Source: Patescibacteria group bacterium
GTDB lineage: Bacteria; Patescibacteriota; UBA1384; XYA2-FULL-43-10
Assembly: GCA_041674405.1 (NCBI GenBank)
Contig: JBAYVT010000001.1
Location: forward strand, 30,001-62,000
Direction of reading: 5' to 3'
DNA length: 32,000 bases
The position numbers were made by a program, and so were the translations under genes. Positions 17,341 through 26,900 of this stretch are shown piece by piece (position 1 is the stretch's first letter; the number at the start of each line of letters is the position of its first letter). Under the pieces are notes generated by a model. It worked only from the letters and a program-made list of their open reading frames with translations. It ran no database searches and was not told the origin of the DNA.

Positions 17341-17751
17341 TTACTTGTTTACAAATTTAACATTAACGTGCGGATGCTGGTCTCCGGCATAAACTTTAAG
17401 CCGATTAAGTTTTAAAGCTTGAAGCTTGTTTTTGGGTAACATTCCGGAAACAGCGTGCTTAATGATAAATTCAGGATTTTCCTCTTTAATATCTTTGTAT
17501 TCTTTGGTTTTAAGATTGCCAATATAACTCGTGTGCTTATAATACCTTTTGTCGAGCTCTTTGTTTCCGCTAAGCTTAACATCTTTTGCATTGATAACAA
17601 CAACATAACCACCAAGGTCAAGATTTGGTAAGTAATCCGGGCGGTTTTTGCCGTTTAGTATATCAGCAATTCGGGTGCATGAACGACCGAGAATTTGATC
17701 CTTCAGGTCGAAGATATACCAGTTTCGATTTTGTTCAGTTTTATTAGCCAT
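17341..17751 (-). CDS. rplM: 50S ribosomal protein L13
   Basis: WYIFDLKDQILGRSCTRIADILNGK, AVSGMLPKNKLQALKLNRLKVYAGDQHPH. Confidence 0.97.
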   Translation of the reverse strand: MANKTEQNRNWYIFDLKDQILGRSCTRIADILNGKNRPDYLPNLDLGGYVVVINAKDVKLSGNKELDKRYYKHTSYIGNLKTKEYKDIKEENPEFIIKHAVSGMLPKNKLQALKLNRLKVYAGDQHPHVNVKFVNK

Positions 17752-17752
17752 A

Positions 17753-18190
17753 TTATTTCTTTGTTATCTCTTTTTCACTAGTTTTCTTTGCAAGTTTCTT
17801 TTGGGAATCCTTTTTATCATCCGTGGCTTTCTCGGGTTCCTTGACGAAAACTTTTTTATCCACTAGCATAAGGCGCACGACCTGAGCATTGTCTCCAAGT
17901 CTTTTATGGAGCCGGTAGCTTTTGATAAATCCGGATTTTCTTTCAGAATATCGTTGTTTGAGGTCGGTAAGGACTTTGTCGGCGGCATTTTTATCAAAAA
18001 GTATGGAATAAATCTGTCTTTTTGCATGAAGGTCATCAAGTTTAGCTTTTACAATAATCTTTTCCACAAAAGCCTTAACTTCTTTGGCTCTCGGGGCTGT
18101 GGTGTCGATTTGTTCGTACAACAAAAGAGACGCCGCAGCGTTGCGAATTACATGCTCTCTATGCGCTTTTTTCATCCCAAGTTGTCTCAT
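17753..18190 (-). CDS. rplQ: 50S ribosomal protein L17 with charged C-terminal extension
   Basis: REHVIRNAAASLLLYEQIDTTAPRAKEVKAFVEKIIVKAK, YRLHKRLGDNAQVVRLMLV. Confidence 0.93.
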   Translation of the reverse strand: MRQLGMKKAHREHVIRNAAASLLLYEQIDTTAPRAKEVKAFVEKIIVKAKLDDLHAKRQIYSILFDKNAADKVLTDLKQRYSERKSGFIKSYRLHKRLGDNAQVVRLMLVDKKVFVKEPEKATDDKKDSQKKLAKKTSEKEITKK

Positions 18191-18191
18191 A

Positions 18192-19142
18192 TTAACTCAG
18201 CTTCTCTTTTACCTCGTCAATTCCCTTTTGCCCAAGTCCCTTGATTTCGGATAATTTAAGATCGGACAATCTTTTAAGGCCAGCTATAGTTTTAATTCCG
18301 GCATTAACCAAAGCATTCGTGGTTCGTTGCGAAAAATTAGCGTCTTCAATTTTTGTTTTTGGGTCAAGTCCGATTTCGTCAGCTTCTTCTTCGCCACCCA
18401 ACAATTCTTCTTCTTCTATTTCAACTTCGTTTTTTGGCATCTCGGTAAGCTCAAACGGAACCTCTTCATTGAAGGCAAAAGCCTTGTAATGATCAATCAA
18501 AATGTTTGACGCGGATATTAATGCATCATATGGAGCAATACTTCCGTCACTATCGATCTCAATGACCAATTTGTCATAGTTTGTCATCTGGCCAACACGG
18601 GTATTTTCAATATCCATTTTAACTCGGGTAATTGGGGAAAATGCAGCATCGATGTCAATTCGACCAATTTCTTTTCCTTTGTCGGTAAAGTCTTCGGTAG
18701 ATCTAAATCCTCTGTCTTTTTCAATTGTAACTTCAAGTTCGAATTGAGCACCTTTATCCAGTGTGGCAATGTGAACTTCTGGATTAATTATTTCAATGCT
18801 AGAATTCTTAGAAAAATCAGCACCAGTGACTTCGCCGGGACCTTTTTTGGAAATCATCAATGCGGTCGGTTCATCACTATCTGATTTAACATTAATCTCC
18901 TTAAGGTTGAGCATAATTTCAAGGAGATCCTCCTTAACATGCGAGATCGCTGTAAACTCATGAGGAGCACCCTCAAGCTTAAAAGATGTGATCGCTGATC
19001 CAGGAATAGATGACAGTAAAACACGTCTTAACGCATTGCCAAGAGTAGCACCATAGCCAGGATAAAGCGGATCAATAACAAACCTGGATTTGTTATCCTC
19101 AAGCTTTTCCTCTCTAATTTTTGGCAGAGATATTTTCTCCAT
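18192..19142 (-). CDS. rpoA: DNA-directed RNA polymerase subunit alpha
   Basis: FVIDPLYPGYGATLGNALRRVLLSSIPGSAITS; C-terminal alpha-CTD helices. Confidence 0.97.
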   Translation of the reverse strand: MEKISLPKIREEKLEDNKSRFVIDPLYPGYGATLGNALRRVLLSSIPGSAITSFKLEGAPHEFTAISHVKEDLLEIMLNLKEINVKSDSDEPTALMISKKGPGEVTGADFSKNSSIEIINPEVHIATLDKGAQFELEVTIEKDRGFRSTEDFTDKGKEIGRIDIDAAFSPITRVKMDIENTRVGQMTNYDKLVIEIDSDGSIAPYDALISASNILIDHYKAFAFNEEVPFELTEMPKNEVEIEEEELLGGEEEADEIGLDPKTKIEDANFSQRTTNALVNAGIKTIAGLKRLSDLKLSEIKGLGQKGIDEVKEKLS

Positions 19143-19155
19143 ATTTATCTCCTTT

Positions 19156-19749
19156 TTATCTAGAGTAAAATTCTACGATTAAATTCTCATTAATATTTAG
19201 TTCGATTTCCACTCTCTCAGGTATGTGTTTTACTAATATTTCTTTTTTTGCATCATCTAAGGAAATCCAGTTTGGTGCAGCATTTTTTGTATTTTTAACA
19301 ATCTCCAACGTTTTGGGATATTTCACAACATCGTTGGGTTTGACAATAATTGAAGGTGAAGTTGCTCGTTTGTTGTTTACATAAACACGACCGTGAGATG
19401 CTAGCTGGCGAGCCGTGGCATGCGAATTTACAATTCCACTTCGGAACAAAACATTATCAAGCCGTGATTCCAACAACGAAACCAGATTTTCAGCGGTATT
19501 TCCTGTTTTCCTGTCAGCGTTTTCGTAATATATTTTGAGTTGGGATTCTGATATACCATAAACTTTTCTGATTTTTTGTTTTTCGCGAAGCTGTTTGCCG
19601 TATTCAGATAGTTTGATTCGTGATGTCGGGCCATGCTGCCCTGGCACATAAGGTCTTTTTACAACTGCACACTTTGGAGAAAGACAACGCTCTCCTTTGA
19701 GCATCAATTTCTCTCCTTCGCGTCTACATTTTCTGCATCCATGATTCAT
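19156..19749 (-). CDS. rpsD: 30S ribosomal protein S4 (zinc-finger-type N-terminus)
   Basis: CRKCRREGEKLMLKGERCLSPKCAVVKRPYVPGQHG; S4 domain. Start refined to ATG at 19749. Confidence 0.95.
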   Translation of the reverse strand: MNHGCRKCRREGEKLMLKGERCLSPKCAVVKRPYVPGQHGPTSRIKLSEYGKQLREKQKIRKVYGISESQLKIYYENADRKTGNTAENLVSLLESRLDNVLFRSGIVNSHATARQLASHGRVYVNNKRATSPSIIVKPNDVVKYPKTLEIVKNTKNAAPNWISLDDAKKEILVKHIPERVEIELNINENLIVEFYSR

Positions 19750-19751
19750 AA

Positions 19752-20156
19752 CTATACTCTTCTTTCTTTCTTCGCACGGCATCCGTTATGTGCAATTGGG
19801 GTGATATCTTTGATTGTCTCCACGGTAAGGTTGGAATTAATCAAAGCTCGAACGGCTGATTCTCTTCCTGCACCTACACCGGAAACAAACACTTTTACTT
19901 TGGAAAGGCCGTATGCTTTTGCTTTTTCAACAGCATCAGTTGCAGCAAGCTGCGCAGCATAGGGAGTAGATTTCTTCGTCCCCTTAAAACCAATCGAACC
20001 GGCAGATGCCCAAGTTACTACATTTCCATCTTCATCTGTCACGGAAATAATTGTATTGTTAAAGGATGACTGAATATAAATACTTCCAGAATAAACTGAT
20101 TTTTTGACCTTTTTTCTTACCACTTTTGTGGCTTTTTTATCAACAGCTTTTGCCAT
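19752..20156 (-). CDS. rpsK: 30S ribosomal protein S11
   Basis: IQSSFNNTIISVTDEDGNVVTWASAGSIGFKGTKKSTPYAAQLAA, TPIAHNGCRAKKERRV. Confidence 0.97.
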   Translation of the reverse strand: MAKAVDKKATKVVRKKVKKSVYSGSIYIQSSFNNTIISVTDEDGNVVTWASAGSIGFKGTKKSTPYAAQLAATDAVEKAKAYGLSKVKVFVSGVGAGRESAVRALINSNLTVETIKDITPIAHNGCRAKKERRV

Positions 20157-20166
20157 TTATTTCCTC

Positions 20167-20550
20167 TTATGTCTTTTGAGCGGCAGGTTTACGCCCGGAG
20201 CCAACAGTAATTTTCTTACCACGTTTGGTTCGAGCATTTGTTTTGGTGCGTTGTCCTCTGGCTGGCAAACCTTTAATATGCCGAACCCCCCGATAAGCAC
20301 CAACCTCTTTGAGCCGTTTAATATTTTGGCTAATCATCATCCTAAGATCACCCTCAACCTTGAATGCAGCAATAGCTTTTCTGATTTTCTCAACATCAGT
20401 CTCACTCAAATCTTTAACGCGAATATCGCCGCTTACGCCGGATTTTTCAATAATTTTTCGGCTGGTTGTACTGCCTATGCCAAAAATATATGTGAGGGCA
20501 ATATTTAATTTTTTTTCGTTAGGAATATTTACGCCAGCTATTCTTGCCAT
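20167..20550 (-). CDS. rpsM: 30S ribosomal protein S13
   Basis: [52 protein letters not shown]. Confidence 0.97.
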   Translation of the reverse strand: MARIAGVNIPNEKKLNIALTYIFGIGSTTSRKIIEKSGVSGDIRVKDLSETDVEKIRKAIAAFKVEGDLRMMISQNIKRLKEVGAYRGVRHIKGLPARGQRTKTNARTKRGKKITVGSGRKPAAQKT

Positions 20551-20551
20551 G

Positions 20552-20698
20552 TTATCCTTGCCTCTGCTTGTGTTTAGGGTTTTCGCAAATCACAAAAATT
20601 CGTTCCTTCGCGCTTGTTCGTTTGGACTTGCCTTTCTTGCTGCGAGAAACGATTTTGCATTTGTCGCACATTTTTTTTACAGATGGTCTAACTTTCAT
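20552..20698 (-). CDS. rpmJ: 50S ribosomal protein L36 (48 aa, internal insertion)
   Basis: Hand translation: [48 protein letters not shown]. Too short for the supplied ORF track; sits in the canonical rpsM-rpmJ-infA position. Confidence 0.93.
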   Translation of the reverse strand: MKVRPSVKKMCDKCKIVSRSKKGKSKRTSAKERIFVICENPKHKQRQG

Positions 20699-20712
20699 TG
20701 TTTATATTCGGC

Positions 20713-20934
20713 TTACGCAATATCGCGAAATACAATTCTGCCTTTGGTTAAATCATAAGGCGACATTTCTATAGAAACCTTATCTCCAGGAAGAACGCTA
20801 ATTCGATGCATTCGCATTTTTCCACCAAGCGATGCAGTAATTTCGTATCCTGAATCAAGTTTAACTAAAAAACTAGCATTGGGGAGGGTTTGGATTACCG
20901 CTCCCTTCGCTGTTATGACATTTTCTTTTTTCAT
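20713..20934 (-). CDS. infA: Translation initiation factor IF-1
   Basis: [70 protein letters not shown]. Start refined to ATG at 20934. Confidence 0.95.
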   Translation of the reverse strand: MKKENVITAKGAVIQTLPNASFLVKLDSGYEITASLGGKMRMHRISVLPGDKVSIEMSPYDLTKGRIVFRDIA

Positions 20935-20946
20935 ACTACACAAGGG

Positions 20947-20975
20947 ATAATATCATATTAAACGAGTAGAGTCAA
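20947..20975 (-). promoter_or_regulatory. Predicted sigma70-type promoter for infA
   Basis: On the - strand: TTGACT - 17 nt - TATTAT. Confidence 0.7.
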
Positions 20976-21069
20976 CACTGCTTATACGAATCCATACACT
21001 GATCAATACAATCGCTAATATTTGGCAAAATTACGTGTAATTTGGGTTGATTTAGGTATCCGATTTAAA

Positions 21070-21831
21070 CTATACAGTTATAATTTCGCTTCTTTTACTG
21101 CCAATCAAAATTGTGTGTTCGAAATGCGCCGCTTTACTCCCGTCTAGTGTTGATACGCTCCATCCATCAGAGGATGTCTTAACATCGTGCGAACCCACAA
21201 CAACCATAGGCTCAATTGCTACGGCGATTCCGGAAACAAGTTTTTCTCCTTCGTTTTTCCTTCCAAAATTGGGTATTTGTGGATCTTCATGCACATTACG
21301 CCCTACCCCGTGCCCAACAAGCGCACGAACAACACTAAAACCCTCTTTTTTAATATACATTTCAACAGCGTTTCCAATATCACCAGTGGTGTGGCCGGCT
21401 ATTGCATTGGCAATTGCAATTTTAAGGGCCTGCTCTGTGACCTTAATAAGTTTCTCGTCGATTTTATTTTTTGGAGAGCCGGCAATTACACTCTTTGCCA
21501 TATCCGTATTCATTCCGTGATAGTTAACGCCTAGGTCGACTGAAACAATGTCGCCTTCGCGAATAATTTTATTTGGATAAGGAATTCCGTGGACGATTTC
21601 ATCATTTAGAGAGACGCACAAAGCAGCAGGAAATGGATTATCATCTCCGGGAGGATAGTTTTTAAAGGATGGAGTGCCACCTTGCTGCCTGATTGACGAT
21701 TCGGCTATTTGATCCAATGAAGCCGCGGAAATCCCGGGTTTAATCGCGAGAATCACCTCAGAAAGGGCATTTTTGAGTATTTTGCCCGATTTGCGGAGTA
21801 ATTTAATTTCGTTGCTACTTAATTTCTGCAT
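21070..21831 (-). CDS. map: Methionine aminopeptidase, type I
   Basis: VSVDLGVNYHGMNTDMAKS, GHGVGRNVHEDPQIPNF, GIAVAIEPMV, FEHTILIG. Confidence 0.95.
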   Translation of the reverse strand: MQKLSSNEIKLLRKSGKILKNALSEVILAIKPGISAASLDQIAESSIRQQGGTPSFKNYPPGDDNPFPAALCVSLNDEIVHGIPYPNKIIREGDIVSVDLGVNYHGMNTDMAKSVIAGSPKNKIDEKLIKVTEQALKIAIANAIAGHTTGDIGNAVEMYIKKEGFSVVRALVGHGVGRNVHEDPQIPNFGRKNEGEKLVSGIAVAIEPMVVVGSHDVKTSSDGWSVSTLDGSKAAHFEHTILIGSKRSEIITV

Positions 21832-22471
21832 TAATTACTTTTTCTTCAATTTCTTTTTCTACCTCGGGAATGGTTTGTTCGCCATTTATTTCAATCAAGA
21901 TTGCCTGATTCTTAAACTCCTCAACAACATCGTCAATCCTTGGCTTGTAAATAGAAATTCTGTTCTCAACTACTTCGGCCTTATCATCAGCCCTTGAAAT
22001 CAAAGAACCACCGCATGCATCACAGATTGTAGCTGTTCCGCCGATAAAGTTTTTGCCACATTTTGAACATACTTTTCGGTTTAAAATTCTATTGAGCGCA
22101 GATTCTGGTTCAATTTTAATCCAGACGCATACCGGTTTATCAATACCAAGATCCTTGCACATCTCAAAAAATAAGTCGGATTGGTTTTTTGTAAAAGGAA
22201 AATTATCTAAAACAATATCGCCCTCTATGCCATCAATATTTTTTTTAATGATATCAACGGCAATTTCATCCGGCTGTGGAATTCCCTTATCATAACGCTC
22301 TTTCATTTCTTTGTAGAATGGATCAGAAAAATCAGCATTTTCCAGCTCTTTTCGAATTAGATTACCCATACCAAAAACGGTAACTTTCATTTTTTTCGCC
22401 ATTATTTCAGCTTGCGTTCCTTTACCTGATCCCGGTAACCCGAGAAAGCTGTAGACTGTTCTTTCTGACAT
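21815..22471 (-). CDS. adk: Adenylate kinase (zinc-LID type)
   Basis: GLPGSGKGTQAEIMAKK, CSKCGKNF...CDACGG LID, DNFPFTKNQSD. Confidence 0.94.
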   Translation of the reverse strand: MSERTVYSFLGLPGSGKGTQAEIMAKKMKVTVFGMGNLIRKELENADFSDPFYKEMKERYDKGIPQPDEIAVDIIKKNIDGIEGDIVLDNFPFTKNQSDLFFEMCKDLGIDKPVCVWIKIEPESALNRILNRKVCSKCGKNFIGGTATICDACGGSLISRADDKAEVVENRISIYKPRIDDVVEEFKNQAILIEINGEQTIPEVEKEIEEKVINAEIK

Positions 22472-22524
22472 TTGTTTTCCTTAAATTAACAATAATTATT
22501 CCTAAATTATCTTTTATTTTTAAA

Positions 22525-23799
22525 TTAGTAATGATCGTATGTATGCATTAAAAGCTGGGCGGTAAGCTGTCTCATAGTGTCAATAATGACGGCAACGAGA
22601 ATTAGTATGCCTGTTCCACCGATTGCAAGGGTAGAAATATTTGTTACCGATTGAACAATATATGGCAACACACCGATAAGGCCAAGGAATACTGCCCCCA
22701 GAAATGTAATTCTGCTAATAATTTTTCCTAAATATATTTTAGTTTCCGTTCCGGGCCTTAGTCCAGGTAAATAACCGCCCTGTTTTTGTAAATTTTCAGA
22801 AATCTGGTCCGGTTTAAACACTACCGATGTATAGAAGAAAGTGAACAAGAAAATCAGTATGAAATATATGATAGCGTAATACAAATTGTTGTTCACAAGT
22901 GTAACTATCCAAGTTGCAGCATGTTTTATCCAATCAGTTTTTGCGTTTTCAAGATATTTGCCGAGGACGCCTGGAATAACCATAATACTCATGGCAAAGA
23001 TTATCGGAATTACCCCCGCTGTATTTACGCGAATCGGAAGATGAGAATCAACCGCGCCATATTGCGTAGCTCCTCTTGCCCGACGAGCATAAGAAACGGA
23101 AATATTTCTTTGGCCCTCGGTTATATAGATAATTGCTGCGACAATAAGGACAAGCAGAATGCCAATGCCAACAACGCTCAAGATTTTGGTAACATCGCCG
23201 GCAGTTAAAAGAGCGGCTGTATTTCGAAATTGGGTCGGAAATCCGGATAAAATACCCAATGAAATTATCAGTGAAATTCCATTGCCAATCCCTTTTTCGG
23301 AGATTAATTCACCAAGCCACATAAGAAGCATAGTACCAGCCGAAGCAGAAATCAGCATCATAATAAGATCAAACATAGTCCAAGATGGGACAATGCCTTG
23401 GCTGCGTAAGACTGCAAGCATAGCATAGGCCTGCAATATTGCGATGGGAACGGTGGCATATCTTGTCCATTGATTTATTTTTTGTTGGCCGGATTGGCCT
23501 TCTTTCTGAAGCTCCTCAATGCTTGGCACAACCATTGCTAAGAGCTGAAATATAATAGATGAGGTTATATACGGGCCAACCCCCATCAAAATGACAGAAA
23601 AATTGCTCATCGTGCCACCAGAGAACATATCAAGTAGTCCAAATATCTGGTTATTTTGGAAAAACAATTTTAGTTGGTTAAAATCTACGCCAGGCAACGG
23701 AACATGAGCAATTAGCCGCGTTAACAATAGCAGTGAAACGGCAATAATTACCTTGTTTCGTAAATCCTTATACTGCCAGATTTTAGTCAAAAAGTTCAT
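22525..23799 (-). CDS. secY: Preprotein translocase subunit SecY
   Basis: Polytopic 424 aa; VPLPGVDFNQL, VGPYITSSIIFQLLAMVVPSIEELQKEGQSGQQKINQWTRY, STLAIGGTGILILVAVIIDTMRQLTAQLLMHTYD. Confidence 0.96.
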   Translation of the reverse strand: MNFLTKIWQYKDLRNKVIIAVSLLLLTRLIAHVPLPGVDFNQLKLFFQNNQIFGLLDMFSGGTMSNFSVILMGVGPYITSSIIFQLLAMVVPSIEELQKEGQSGQQKINQWTRYATVPIAILQAYAMLAVLRSQGIVPSWTMFDLIMMLISASAGTMLLMWLGELISEKGIGNGISLIISLGILSGFPTQFRNTAALLTAGDVTKILSVVGIGILLVLIVAAIIYITEGQRNISVSYARRARGATQYGAVDSHLPIRVNTAGVIPIIFAMSIMVIPGVLGKYLENAKTDWIKHAATWIVTLVNNNLYYAIIYFILIFLFTFFYTSVVFKPDQISENLQKQGGYLPGLRPGTETKIYLGKIISRITFLGAVFLGLIGVLPYIVQSVTNISTLAIGGTGILILVAVIIDTMRQLTAQLLMHTYDHY

Positions 23800-23829
23800 A
23801 CAAAAAAATTCCGCTTATTTAGCTCTTCG

Positions 23830-23858
23830 ATTTTAACTTAATATTATGCGTAAGTCAA
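23830..23858 (-). promoter_or_regulatory. Predicted sigma70-type promoter for secY
   Basis: On the - strand: TTGACT - TACGCATAATATTAAGT (17 nt) - TAAAAT, between the giant ORF stop and the secY ATG. Confidence 0.7.
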
Positions 23859-23910
23859 CGATAAATTAGTTTGAAAGATTGAGACATGAGATGAAAACAA
23901 CGATCGTAAT

Positions 23911-26900
23911 CTAATATCTTGAAAATATCTTTATCCAAGAAAACGCCCGCTGAAAAGCTTCCAGTATGAGATTTAAGGCGGATTGCTGGGCTTTCTGGGT
24001 GATTACAGCATTGTCTTCCGATGTGCCAGGATTGCCGGCTTTGTCTTTGGATACGGCTCTTAAATGGTAGGTCTTGGTCGGATCAAGATTGGAGATAATG
24101 ACAACATGGGCATTGGAATAGGATCCGTCTTCCTGGGTTTTGGAAGAATAATTGGAAGATGATACTCCTTCGCCGTATTCAACCTGAGAGGTAGAGGTTT
24201 CATCTGTGCGCCAGGAAACAACCACTTGGGCTTTACCACCATCGGATGATGTGCCGGTTTTGGATTCAATGGTAAGTTCTGTTACTTTTGGCGGACGGGA
24301 ATCAAGAGCGGTTTTAAAAGTGTTGGTATCACTTGTGGCCTTGTTACCATATTGGTCTGTGCCTGAAGCAGTAAGAGTGTAGGAGGCGTTGTCAGAAAGA
24401 TTTGCAATGCTGATTTCATGATCTTTCTTCATGTCGGAAGTAGCTACTTCTCTCTGTTCTCCACCAGATGGACCATAAAGGACAGATGAGGTGGTCTCGA
24501 CATTGGTTGCCCAAGTTACCTTCATGCCAGCATAGGCCTGATCGTCAACGGGCTCAAAGCGAAGATTGGAGATGATGGGGATGGGGGGAGTGGAAAAATC
24601 CTTAAGGCCATAAAATCTTGTTCCGTCTTGAGCTGTCGCATCAACTCTTAATTGATAGCTGGTACCACCAGAAAGACCAGCTAGTTCTTTAGAAAATTCA
24701 GTGCTATAGGTATCACTGACAACAATTGATTGGCCAAGATCGCCAACACCAAATTCCAAATTAGTTTTTGCTGGATAAGTGGTAGTCCATGAAACGCTTG
24801 CAAGTGTTGGAGTCAAGACTTTGACTTCTAAATTTTTAATGCCTGGTGCCACCGCCGTGGTGGTCTCATGCCAGGCAGATTCTCCAGTGTTGGCAGAAGT
24901 ATCCATCCATGTGACTTTGTAACGATAAGTGCGTTCCGGTTCGAGGCCAACCACCCTTACATTGTGGTTGATGTCAAAACCACCGAAGGCTTGTTCGGTG
25001 AGATATTCATTGCCCTCATAGACGATAACTGATCCTTTGGTGTTTTTGTTAGTCGTCCAGCTCACCGTGATCGATGACGGACCGGCAGTAACGTTCGGCC
25101 CATCGATGATGTTTACTACTCCAGTAGAGCAGTAAACTCCGGTCTGATAAGCAGAGACATTACCTGCATTGTCTTTCGATCTAATGTATATTACATTATC
25201 TCCTTCTTGATAAGGATGAAGGGAAAGCGTGGTATCGGCAGTAGATTGGACTTGGCCTTGAGAACCATTTTTGTAGTCATAACCAGCAATACCGGCACCG
25301 CCGGAATCTCCGGGAGCATCCCAGGTGGCGGTGAAGTCTTGGGTGGTGGAACAGCCAACAGGAGATAGATTGATATACTCCGGAGCAGGTGGCGGACCGC
25401 CATCATAGGAATACGTGAATAACTTGGTGGCGGGAGTTTGAATATTCAGGTCGTTATCTTCGGATTTAATAAGCAGATAATATGTGACTCCGGATGTCAA
25501 AGCGCCTGCTGGCACTTGGATATGTTGTTCTGTATCTGCTGCACCGGAATGGGCTTGATAGTGATATGCGCCACTTGATTCCAAAACACCAGATGTAGAG
25601 ACGGGATCAGCTGAATCAGAGGTACCAAAGTAGATAAGGTAGCCGCGGATACCGGAACCCCCTTCTTCATCAGCCGCTCCGGCGAAGGTGATGTAGGGAC
25701 TAGCACTATTTCCCCAGCCGGAGTCGGTAAACTCGGTGGTCTTTCCGGAGTCACTGTAGAAATGGGCAGAGGAGGGATTGGTGGGGGCAGTAGTATCTGA
25801 TCCGGTATGAGTAATGGTGATATTATCCATCATCCCATCCCAGCGGTCGGTTATAGAGTTCACTCGGCTACCGATGTAAAAGTAATAACCACACGAAAGG
25901 TTCCCCCAAGGAGTATCATCAAGAAGAGACGCCACCTCTGTACTATTAACATTAAGTGATATTATTCCACTAGTCCCATCGTAAAGGACCTGAACATTAT
26001 TCCAGCTCCCGTCCGCCAAACTAAGAGCTTGGGATTCCAAAACCAGCTTACGGCTTGCAGTTGTAAGATACATTCTAAGCCTGTAATCAAAGATGTCGTA
26101 GACCAATCGCAGTTCGTCTGTGCTCCCCTGGGCGTCAAAAAGTATCTTTTCTTTTGTAAAAGTCGACAAAAAGCCCGATCCGTCAATTTTTGTTTGGACA
26201 ACTCGATTGTTTTGATAGTCAACAATATAGATATTTTCAGAAGTCACATCATAAGCAATTCCTCGGGGATAATTGAAATTACCGACTCCACTTCCGTTTG
26301 TACCGTAAGTTGTCCACCCGGTGCCATCCATCTTGGTTTTTACAATGCGATGATTGTTATAATCAGTCACAAAAATATTGCCACTTTCTGAATCGACCGT
26401 AATACCGCGAGGTCCATTGAAATTACCTGTCCCATTGCCAGCAGTACCGTAAGCTGTCCATCCTGTGCCGTCCATTTTAGTTTTGACAATGCGGTTGTTG
26501 CTATAGTCAGCGACATAAACATAATCATTGACTTGATCATAATCAATGTAGCAAGGATTGCTGAAGTTTCCTTCACCGCTGCCATTTGTGCCGTAAGCCG
26601 TCCACCCGGTGCCATCCATCTTGGTTTTTACAATACGGTTATTGCCATAATCAACGACGTAAACGTAATCACCAACTGAATCATAAGCAATACCATATGG
26701 ATGATTAAAATTGCCAATGCCACTGCCCACCGTTCCGTAAGCCGTCCACCCGGTGCCATCCATCTTGGTTTTCACGATACGGTTGTTGCTATAGTCAGCG
26801 ACATAAACATAATCACTTGCCGGATCATAGGCGATACCATATGGACCATTAAAATTACCTACTCCACTTCCAGTTGTGCCATATGCAGTCCACCCCGTAC

